A stretch of DNA of 64,000 bases from NCBI GenBank assembly GCA_050084985.1, contig JBITNC010000001.1, positions 83,762,001-83,826,000 of the forward strand. The letters run 5' to 3'. The notes under the pieces are model-generated. The model saw only the letters and a program-made list of their open reading frames with translations. It did not search any database and had not been told where the DNA came from. The DNA is from Nageia nagi (taxonomy: Eukaryota; Plantae; Pinophyta). Made by a program: the position numbers and the translations under genes. Shown here one piece after another: positions 28,401 through 39,419 of this stretch (its first letter is position 1; each line of letters begins with the position of its first letter).

Positions 28401-29325
28401 TACCTATGTAATCCTAGAAGATTGATATTTACTTATTTAAGAATCAAAGATTGTATCTAAAAGGCAAAGATATAACCATAGCTACTATTAGTATCATTTT
28501 ATTACGATTTTAGTTGCAATCTCATTGGAAAAAAAAAATTACTCCAAAAGACTGAACAATTTAATATTTTATAAATCAGAAATAAGTACCATTTTTTTTA
28601 GATTACCAAATAACATTTAAGAAATATACTTGAAATAAATAATAGATGATTGTTGCTCAAACTATTATAAATTTTTAAAGATAGATTTTGAATTTTTGTA
28701 TAAAAAACCTCCCGTTTTATTTATGGTAGTCTTTATTTAACTTTGCCAAAAAATATCAAACCACACACTTGTCAAAACCTGCTGAAGTTTCTAAGTGCAA
28801 ATTCCATCGTAGATAAGCTTGGACTATCATACTTTCTGTAATAAGTAGTCTCACTATGGCATGCTTTAATGCTTAAACTTTTAGTTTGATCAAGTTCGTA
28901 AGGAAATGGAGAAACTTATAATGGATTTGAATTTTTATATATACGAAGGAAACTTAGGAAGAGAGTGTTTTTTGTTTTAATATAAGAATACAAATTCTCC
29001 AAACCTTTTCTTTTATTCTTCAGATAGTATAGACATTTATTCTATACTGTGCAAGTCCGTGCAACTTATGAACTCTATATTGGTATACATTTTCCTAGCC
29101 ACACAAAACAGATAAGACATCTCTTGGATTTCTAATCCTACATTATTTTGTGTGTGTCTCTTGAAATTATGAATTTCGTCTTTCCAAATCATGAATGAAG
29201 CTATATGCTTGTTGATAAAAGATTCATGCCTCTCCCCAAAAAAAAAGACCTAAGCTCTAGTTTAACGATTCGTCCATGTTCATGTATATACTTATACTAG
29301 GTGCTATTAACTTATTTGTTCTCAG

Positions 29326-29356
29326 GCCAACTTCTTTTTGGAGAACCTCTTTTATG
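29326..29356 (+). CDS. Unknown gene exon: ANFFLENLFY+
   Basis: ttgttctcAG acceptor in phase 0; donor G|GTTCTC (weak) in phase 1. Confidence 0.5.
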
Positions 29357-30182
29357 GTTCTCTCTTTCTTTTATAATCGTGTAAGATATATTATATATAT
29401 GCTATTATGTTGCAATTTACATCAAGAAGAGACTATTTTACCTAGTAAATTCTAGGGTAAACAATAAAAAAATTCATACAATTAGTGAAATTACAAAATT
29501 GATTTTTAAATTTTAATTTTTTTTTTACTTAAAAATGGTTTTACATTTCATAGTCTATTATATTTGTAATTTCATTGGATTCTATTTATTGGTTGCATTT
29601 TATAACAAATTTCAGCTTCCTTAATACAAAGATTCTGTTAATATCTTGCTATCATTCTATAGAAAATGTTACAAGCAATTAGTTTACAGCATTTGACATA
29701 TTTTTAAGAAGGATGTTGTGCAAAAATTCAACTTTTGTTAGTTTTGGATGATTATATGTACAGTGATGGAGTGAGAAGGGCAAATGTTAACTATTGTTAG
29801 AACCTTTAAAACTTTTACTAATGCAACAAACTATAACATAAACAAAATTCAAACAAGGTCAATGAAATTAGGTGAAACACAATTTACAAGACAGTTAATT
29901 CCAGCCAAGTGAAGAGTGAACAGTAGAGGTGGCCATTATTCTTCTTGTAGAAAGATAATGTGAAAGATGTCCAATAAACAATCTGAATGGAAAAAAATGT
30001 AAGAAATGCCCAGCAAACAATCTGAAGATAATCATGATCTGAAATATTAATTTTAAAACTTTTTTGTAAATACAATTTTTGCAAAACAATTTTAATAATT
30101 TTACAGACGACTTCTATAGTCCACCATGTTCAAAACTCATCTAGAGCAGCTGGGTTTTCCTCATATTTGTTGTCACCTGTAG

Positions 30183-30229
30183 GTTGTATCAAATATCTAA
30201 CAAGGGCATATTCTGAGAGCAAAGGACAA
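30183..30229 (+). CDS. Unknown gene exon: (G)CIKYLTRAYSESKGQ
   Basis: cctgtAG acceptor, only phase 1 open, donor CAA|GTGTGC. Confidence 0.5.
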
Positions 30230-30524
30230 GTGTGCTTTGGACACTTAAATAGATAACGTGAGGATTCAAATCCAGAGATGTGTGAAGCTCAAGCTATAAT
30301 CCATTGCCAATTAGTAGATGAAATGTTTGATTACATATTAAATAAATAAATTAAATATGGTCTTAGAAATCGAAAATTTGCATTAAAAACTTTTGGACTA
30401 AATTATGTTAATTTATTTTGGTCCATTTATTTTTATACAAACATTTTTCATAGAATACTATTCTAACAACTCTTATTGTGTAGAAACATTGACCATATTC
30501 AACATGTTATCATCATGTTATCAG

Positions 30525-30629
30525 ACAGGGAGATGGCTCCTAGAATACTATTCTAACGACACTGGAATCTGCCATCTTCTTGATACCAAAGAAATCTGGT
30601 TTCAATGTGCCACTCAAGTAGACTTGTAA
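30525..30629 (+). CDS. Unknown gene predicted last exon: TGRWLLEYYSNDTGICHLLDTKEIWFQCATQVDL*
   Basis: ttatcAG acceptor in phase 0 (alternative AG at 30528); open to TAA 30629; CpG-rich 3' flank. Confidence 0.5.
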   Translation, partial: TGRWLLEYYSNDTGICHLLDTKEIWFQCATQVDL

Positions 30630-31015
30630 GAATGAACTCCGCAAAGATGCTGGAGAGGAATTCAATATAGTACTTCATAACATCGTACAGTACATCGCAG
30701 CCAAAGTTTTGTATAGCAAGATCATGGTGTACGGTCTTCAATTTAATTGCATTTGAGTTTTGTCGAAGCATTGTTTGTAATTATTAATTGCCAGTAAACC
30801 TTTAGTAGTTATTAGTGTTTGAACTTAATTTAAAAGATGTACGCATACTTCAAAATGTACTTTTACATATTTTATTTTCATTTGTAGTCAATGCTTATTT
30901 ATCATGAAGTTCATATTCTAAATTTTTAGAAGGTTTTGATTGGATGAAAATATTTAATATTTGATGGTAAGATTTTATAGTACATTTGTTAAGTATTTAT
31001 CCTAGCTCGATTTTA

Positions 31016-31137
31016 AAATTATAAACATGATATTTGATTATAGTTTGTATTATTAATATTAGATATTTAACTTGATTTCAAGATTACAAATATGATATTT
31101 GATTATAGCTTAATATTATTAATATTAGACATTTAAA
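31016..31137 (+). repeat. ~63 bp tandem duplication
   Basis: ATGATATTTGATTATAG...ATTATTAATATTAGA.ATTTAA occurs twice. Confidence 0.8.
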
Positions 31138-31517
31138 ATATAAAAAATATTTTCAATTATAAGAATGAGAAGAGATTATAGTTTATACTTTATTTTTCAA
31201 GGCATGTTATTAGTTGAATTCAAATTCAAAAGTTTAAAGAAAAGGTAAGTCTTATATGAGGGTAAGCAGGGATCAAATTTGCAGATTATTTTTTGAAGGA
31301 AAGGAAAAATTTAATCCTTCAAATAAATATATATTAAAAAAAGAAAATTAAATAAATATTTTCTAGCTGATCCTTCAAATAAAAGATCAATTTTTTTCAC
31401 CTTCTATGAAGGGCTTGAAGGATGTTGTAGCCTAAGGGTAAGCCATTTGGTCTATAATTCTTACTATACATTTTAATAACTCTTATGTATATTATTGTTG
31501 ATGCTCTTTTCATATTA

Positions 31518-31519
<2 letters not shown>

Positions 31520-31550
<31 letters not shown>
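31520..31550. repeat. T31 homopolymer
   Basis: Seen directly. Confidence 0.95.
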
Positions 31551-32459
31551 CTTTCATTTTTAAACACTTTTAAGAGCTTCACATGATTGTATTGTGCACT
31601 TGATAGATAATAGATAAGGGTAAGGCTAACTAAAAAAATAAATAAGCACACTCATTTCATTTAATGATATCTTGTAGGAAACAACGAATTGGTTTAATTT
31701 GAGAACAAATTTGAAATTCATGGTCACATATTAGAGATTTCATAGTCACAAATCAATGTCAATGATCAAGTTAATTATTTTTTATTTTCAATTATTGATT
31801 GATTTTCTAGAAATAGTTATTATTATAGTTACATTTAGTTATATCATATGGTTATTAGAAGTTATTTAAATAATTTTATAATATATAATTATTATAATAT
31901 TTTACACCATTTAAATCATCAAGGTTAAAAGTTTTAGAATCATCTATCTTGATCAAGATACTTTATGCATATAAGAAAAATTAATATTCTCATTTTATTT
32001 GTCATATTACATTTATCTTTAATGTTGATATTATCATTAGCAATGAAACCCATAAAACCCTTTAATATTTGTATTTCCTCTTCTTATTGCATATTTCCTT
32101 GTATCTTTAGAGTTTTATGTAACTATTATGATATCATATAATGTTTTGTTATTTTCAATATCTTTTTATGAATGCATGATAAGATTGCCAGTTACTTAAT
32201 TGTAAGGTTTCATTATAAATTTTAACTTTGTATTAAATTATTTATTGTACTTGGTATAATTGTAATTTAATCCTTCATTCTTAGTACTTATTGTAATAAT
32301 ATATGCATGTAATGAATGTAGGTTAGATCTAAAATTTTCACAGACCAAAAATCTTAAAATGCATATAACAATGCCATTTCTTTAGAATGATGTGACCCTA
32401 AATGTTTTATTTTGAAAAATGTAAATTATGATTTTGGCAAAGAACTGGTACAAAAGGTA

Positions 32460-32620
32460 AAGGGTAAAAGGTTATGTGAGACATAGAATTGAAGTAGATC
32501 ACAATGGTTACAAAATCTATAATAGATATAAAATTCTCCTTCTTACTAATATTGAAGAAGAACCAAAAACACACTTTATCATACATGAAAAATGGGTCTC
32601 AAATCCATTTTTTATTTAAA
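32460..32620 (+). pseudogene. Fossil ribonucleotide reductase large-subunit (NrdA/R1) C-terminal region
   Basis: KRLCET*../EVDH/WL (32466-32510), IIDIKFS and LYHT*KMGLKSIFYL (32574-32618) are collinear with the R1 LYxTAFEVDxxWL...IDQxQS...AWxxGLKTxYYL pattern. Confidence 0.55.
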
Positions 32621-32644
32621 TGTACATAATTATCTAATGTAATA

Positions 32645-33510
32645 AAGGCCCATCAACTTTTCTAATAAATATGCATTTTGAAGTACTAGTAAATTTTTTG
32701 AAGGATGCAAAAAGATGTATTAGGTTGAAGACCATGGATATAAGTGAAGCTAGAAAACACATAATATTAGCTGAAAAGGAACAAATGCATTTGATATCCA
32801 TTGTTTACACATTTGCATACTATTTTGACATTTTCCAATATTATTTTTCTCTAAAAAATTGAATCAAACCTCTATACATTTCTATCACTTAACCATAATC
32901 TAACAAGTATTAAGTATTGTAAAGAAATAAATAGATTATTTCACTCAATAACTAGATATTTTATTAATTGTATTGTCATGTCCATGCTTATTAGTATTCT
33001 CCAATATATAAGGTAAAAGAGATTTAAATGAACTAGATATTAAAATAGTCTCATATGTTTAAGAGATAATCTTAAATGTCTAAAAACATAAATGTTGTAT
33101 CTCAATCCTTTAGTTTGATCCTTCAAAAGAATACATCATTGGATTTATTACATGTTAAAATTTAAGAGCATTAAATGAGAGAGAACTAATGCAAATGATT
33201 TGATAATGGATATTAAATTTACTATTTTTTAGTATATAAGGATTTTTATATATTTCAATAGAAAAGGAATAAGAATGTGTTAATATAAATATATTTAATT
33301 ATTTATAATAAAAAATACATCAATTCCAAAATTATTTGTAAAGATATAGAAAATAAAAATCAATAAAAGGTTATATATAAAAACTACTTTTCTTATTTGT
33401 GAGAAGATGATAAGTAAATTATGGTAAACAACTTTGCAAACCTTTGATTGAGTTTGATTATCTTGATGATAATTTCAAAATGATAAATCAAGGAAACATA
33501 TTTTCCATAT
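32645..33510 (+). pseudogene. Fossil ribonucleotide reductase small subunit (NrdB/R2), bacterial/viral-like
   Basis: HQLF; MDISE; LAEKEQ; NLYTFLSLNHNL; INRL...RYFI; CHVHAY*YS (32974-33000); FDYLDDNFKMINQGNIF (33453-33503), in the expected order and roughly expected spacing. Confidence 0.6.
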
Positions 33511-34139
33511 GCTATATGACCTTTATTTTCATATAATGATAAGTTATGTCCTTTTTTTTCATTCATATATATGATGAGAACTTGGGAATGCTTTACAGAG
33601 GATGCAAAAATTGATATGTTTCCTTCTAGATATAGCTCACTTCAGTCAATGTGCATAAAAATAATGTTCACTTATTGGAAATCATTGGAGTTACATAAAA
33701 ATAACACTAAGTGCATCCAAACCTAGTATTTTGAATAAATAATTAAGACACTTTAATCAAAATAAAAATCCAATTGTCAAATATTACCTCTTTTGGGGAT
33801 GTGAGGGAGATAAATCAAAACCACATCCCAAAAATAATAGGATACATATTTCTTATATAATATTATGGTTTTACACCTTTGAACATTCATTAAAATATAT
33901 GTTAAACAAAATCAAAAAGAAAAAGTTTGAAAAGAAAAACTTAAATGATCAAATATAATATCATATAGTTGAACACTTCTCCTTTCCTCAAAAACTAAAA
34001 ATAATAGGAAAGATATTACATAGAAATTTTTTTTATAAGAAAATGAAATGGCTTTGATTTCACCTTTTTCTTTGAAATTATTATGAAGGATTTTGTTGAA
34101 ATAAAGAGTTAAAGAAAAATTTTAACACATATAAAGAAG

Positions 34140-37100
34140 AAATGATTGGAATACTTTATGAAGAGAATTTACTAAACTTTTCCATAATTATAAGGCATAA
34201 GATAATTATACAATTGAAGAAAATAACAACATACAACCATAATAAACACCAAGACTTAACTAGGAATCCCTTTAAAGGGAAAGGTAGTAAAAATTAGAGC
34301 CAAACATCCTCCTATATAATATTAGTAATTTTTTCACATACCACTAAGCCACATTGTAGTACAATATATAGAACAAATTTAGTATGAATAAAATTTAAAC
34401 CACGACATGGTATTAGAATACCATGGGCATAAAAGAATAGGCTAACATACCCATAACAATATAACTACCACACTTTGGAAAAATATTAGGAATCCCACTA
34501 TGATCATTGAAAAATTCATGAATATATGGTAGGACTATCGAGGTAGAATCCTAATTGATAATACTTTCCCTTAGGTGTTTTCTCTAAAGCAACATTATAG
34601 GATTTCTTCTTAACAATTATCATAATATATTCCACCATTGTGAGATCCATATTTTCTATATTATTTTTACATGGTAAGATTCCTTATCCATATTTTTCAT
34701 ATGTGTGAGAAAATATTAAATTTCCAAAAAACCCTATGGTTTTAAACTTAAAATAAACCCTTAAAATTGAAGGTATATGAAGAGAAATTTAGGTTCAATA
34801 ATATGTTTATACTAAAATTTAAATGGGTAAATATCTCAAATAAAAATTATATTATCAAACATGCAATAATTAGTAATAAATAAAGTGATATGGGAATAGA
34901 AATAAAACTATAAAATATACCAAATTAACCTATCAATAATAAGAGATAAGAGGGTAACAAATATTTGCACTTACTTATAGATCATATCACACATCCTATA
35001 TAGGTCATGTAGATTGATAGATGAATCATGAAAATATCTCAACCTACAAGAGTGAAATAACTTATTGATGTCATTGGAATGCATATATTTTATATTACCT
35101 TAATGTTTGAGACATGCATCTCACCAAGTTATCAATTAAGACTACTTGCAATGTTAGACATATTCTACATAGCAATGAAAAACATGAAATATAGTAAATA
35201 ATAAAACTTATTTATAGATCAAATACCCAATATTGATATTCTATGTTGATAATATACCTTTAAATTTATTCTATATGAGATATCAAGACAAAGATTTTAT
35301 CTATGTCCATCATCTATCTCATGTGTGGCTTTGAATAGGAAATATTTCTCCTTAGATCATGATCATATGCTAATGCCTATGCTAGGTTCCTTGCATGACA
35401 AAAGAAAAAACACATGATATAATATCATGCTAGTCCAATATATTAACATAATTAAGGAATACAATAATGTAAAGAGAATATACTAATGCTTGAATTAAAT
35501 ATATTTTAAAATAGAATATGGTTAATTTTTAGTCATCAACATCATATTTTCCTTCATAAACAAATGTATAATCATATATACCATGCAATTTTCTAAAACC
35601 TCTCTTTACAAATGTCTAAATTGTTTTTCCATGTTTTAACATATATCTTCATAGGACTCTAACTACATAGATAATGTTAGGTACATAACATGGCATACGT
35701 TATCCTTCATACAATTCTCTTATAATAAATATGAGATATTTGTTCTACTTATGATTCTATCTTAATACATTGATCTATTAACAACTTATTACCCAAAGGA
35801 ATAAGAGTCTTAAATGGCTTATTGTTCTACATATTAAACCTCTTCAAAAATATCTCAATAGACTTTTTCCTATGTTAGCCATAGTTTCTACTTGATGATC
35901 TTTGTTTATTTGCATGCCCAAAATGAATATTGAAGGGCCAAGATCCTTCATATACAACTATGATGATGGATGTCACATAATATCCTTGTTCATTTTTTAT
36001 TAACATATCATCATCATCATCATCTAATACCATGATAACAAAATGATTACAAAATTAGTTTGTGTACCCATAATGATCAACATTGCTTTGTTCAAAATTA
36101 AGGCCTAAAATACCACATTGTTGGTGATTATTTTAGACCATATGAAGAGTTATTTAACTTGCATAGTAGATCCTTCTTTTCCTCAACTATATATTATTTA
36201 GGGTGACTCATATAAATTTACTCCAAATATTCATAAAGGAATGCAATTTTTAAAACCCATTTTCTCTATTTTCATATCAAATGTAAAACTAATAGATAAT
36301 ACAAATATACTAGAAGTTTACTTTTACAATTGTAGAAAATAACTAACCAAAATTAATTCCCTCCATTTAGAAATATCCTTTTACTAATATGTGAGCCTTA
36401 TATTTATTTACTAAAACTTCAAGATTTAACTTCTTCTTCAAAACATGTTATTACCAATTTCTTTTCTCCCAACTAGTAAATTCATAAAATCCTAGATTAT
36501 ATTTTTAATCAAGGCCTTCATTTCCTAATTCATGGCCTCCTCAAAAATATTTTATTATTTATAATTAACAACCATCCTAAGTATTTTAGGATTCTCATTA
36601 GTAATAGATAAAGAAATGGAGAACAAAAATAAGATGGACTATACCTCTTGGGTTGTTTTCTTTCACTTATTGAACTTCTCAACATTGGGGATTGAATGTA
36701 TGGTTTATATGTATCTTTTATTAAGTTAGGATATCCATTTGTGATATCAAATTGGACCATGTAGGTACCTTTGTCTTTTGTTACTTTTCTTTACAGGAAT
36801 AATTTTGAGTTTTCCAAGCATCATATTTTCATTATTTGGCTTAGTTTTTTTCTCATTTGGAAAATGCATATATGTATCAAAACCAAAAACTATAAGATGA
36901 ATAAAAGAAGGTTTATTTCCAAAACATTCTTCAAATATATTTTTATCAAGCCATTTTGATGTGGACAATTGATTTAGTAGTAGTTAGCATGTAGTTTATA
37001 CTACCTATATCTAGAATTCTTGTGCTCATGTAGCACCATTAAGCATATTCCTTTCCTTTTTAATAAACATCCTATTCAATCTATCAATAAATACATTCTA

Positions 37101-37780
37101 TTGAGGGATTTATAGAGGAAGATTCTATCTTGTAATACCACATTGTTAACAAAATTTCTCAAATATATTTGAACAAAAACCATCATATTATGTATCCTTA
37201 ACACCTTTATGTTCTTATCAATTTTATTCTCAATAAGTAATATAAATTCTATAACTTTTAAAATACCCCAACTTTTCTTCTAACAAAATAGATCCATACA
37301 TACATTGAGAAATCATCATTGAAAGAAATATACCTCCATTTTTTTCCAAGAGATCAAGTAGGTATATGATGAAAAAAATCACTAGGAAATAGTTTTGTCA
37401 CATCTTTTGATCTTATAACATCATATGGGAATTTTACATGATTTTTCTTGCCTTAAATGCAATTTTCATAGAAATAAAAACCTATAGAGCACTTAGGACT
37501 ACCTTAAACCATACATTTCATGTATAAAGTATGCAATAACTTCTCTCAAATAAATCATACTTTTTTATTCCATAATGTTATCTTCTTAATAAAAATTCTA
37601 TCTAATTCAAAGTTAAGAACATTTGAACTACTATGACTGTCAATCAAAGTGCTTACTAATAGATTGTTTAAAGTTCTAATCTAAACTCCTCTATCCAAAA
37701 CCATTAGTACATAAACTATCTTTCATGAATCATTTTCAAATATGATATGGATATTTGCATCACTCATCTTACTTATAATA
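34140..37780 (-). mobile_element. Highly degenerate Copia (3' LTR ~34140-34562, PPT, RH/RT/INT/PR), 5' end lost
   Basis: Minus-strand KPSFIHLIVFGFDTYMHFPNEK, RKQPKRYSP, MKDLGP ~35935-35952; PPT-like ACTTTCCCTT on the plus strand at 34563. Confidence 0.7.
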
Positions 37781-37793
37781 ATAAAATATATGT

Positions 37794-39333
37794 ACTATGT
37801 GTGTGGCTTCTTTTCCCTTTTTCACTTTACCATGATAATCTTCAACATACTTTACATTTCCATATAACCTCCATTTCTAAAATATTAGAGCTACTGATAT
37901 ATCTTCATCTAATTTAGAGCTATAAAGGTGAGGAATTAACTTTATGTCAAACTTAGGAATTCATATTGGTGATTTTCATATCAAAGCATGAGTATAGACC
38001 TTCAAAATAAGACCATGCTACAAGGGAACTATTTTATGTTATTTCCTTACCTTTAGAATGGAGATTTGTAATGAATTAACTAGAAAGAAAGGGAATTTGA
38101 CCTTCATTATGATATAACTATTTTATCTAGATTTTATACTTAATAATCAATTTGCACAGTTTAGACTAGATTTTGGGAAGTCTTCCTACATCATACCCTT
38201 CAAAGAACTTTGTAATCTTTCTAAATTTAGCCTCAAACTATTCTACATAATTTTTACTTTGTTTATCCTCCCTCTTTTTTTATCTTTCCTTTTGGTTTGA
38301 GATATGTTCTAGCCAGTACCACTTCCATGGTGAATTCAAACTCTAAATATTCTCTTACAACTTCATCATTATTCCTCATTTGGAGCACCTTATGATAAAT
38401 ATTTCTATTGTAGCCTTTAAAGGCTTCAAAGAAGCATTAGAGTACTCCTTTGCAAATCATCTCCCATAAAGCTTTTTTTTGTTATTTGAGAACATTCAAC
38501 ATGCTATATGTGAATAAGGTCACCTCCCATTATGATATTAACAAGTCCAAATGATATATATAATCATCATAATTTGGACTTATCATTATCATAATGGGAG
38601 GTGACCTTATTCACATAGAGCATGTTGAATGTTTTCAAAAAACATTTAAAAAAAATATTTATTAGAGATGATTTGCAAAGGAGGACTCAAATGCTTCCTT
38701 GAAGCCTTTAAAGGCTACAATAGAAATATTTATCAAAATGTGCTCCAAATGAGGAATAATGATAAAGTTGTACGAGAAGATTTAGAATTTGAATTCACCA
38801 TGGAAGTGGTAGTAGCTAGAACACATCTCAAGCCAAAAGGAAAGATAAAAAAATGGGGAGGATAAATAAAGTAAAAATGATGTAGAATAGTTTGAGGCTA
38901 AGTTCGGAAAGATTACAGAGTTTTATGAAGGGTATGATGTAGGAATACTTCCCAAAATCTAGTCTAAATTGTGCAAATTGATTATTAAGTATACAAGCTA
39001 GATAAAATAGTTATAGCATAATAAAGGTCAAATTCCCTTTCTTTCTAGTTAATTCATTATAATCTCCATTATAAAGGTAAGGAAATAACATAAAATAGTT
39101 CCCCTTCATTATGGTCTTATTTTGAAGGTCTATACTAATGCTTTGATATGAAAATCACCAATATGAATTCCTAAGTTTGACATAAAGTTAATTCCTCACC
39201 TTTATAGCTCTAAATTAGATGAAGATATGTCAGTAGCTCTAATATTTTAGAAATGGAGGTCATATGGAAATGTAAAGTATGTTGAAGATTATTATGATAA
39301 AGTGAAAAAGGGGAAAGAAGCCACACACATAGT
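37794..39333. repeat. ~1.54 kb near-perfect inverted repeat (arms 37794-38555 and 38569-39333, loop ~13 nt)
   Basis: ACTATGTGTGTGGCTTCTTT... is the reverse complement of ...AAAGAAGCCACACACATAGT; inner ends GGTCACCTCCCATTATGATA / TATCATAATGGGAGGTGACC. Confidence 0.97.
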
Positions 39334-39419
39334 GGAATATTGGATTATAATAAATCTATATATAAATACACTATACCAAAGTGAGCCAAAGTAGTTAGAA
39401 AGAACAAAATCAAGGAAAA

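Noticed and set aside
16507-30629. Resemblance of exons to class I/II aminotransferase N-terminus (EGKPIIQLCLGEP, YSESKG)
   Set aside because: No NPxNPTG, DExY or PLP-lysine motifs follow, and the frame stops at 30629; treated as coincidence.
33130-33800. Transib/RAG1-like or CACTA transposase motifs (LDLLHV, FSQCA)
   Set aside because: Isolated short matches with wrong spacing; the RNR reading explains more motifs collinearly.
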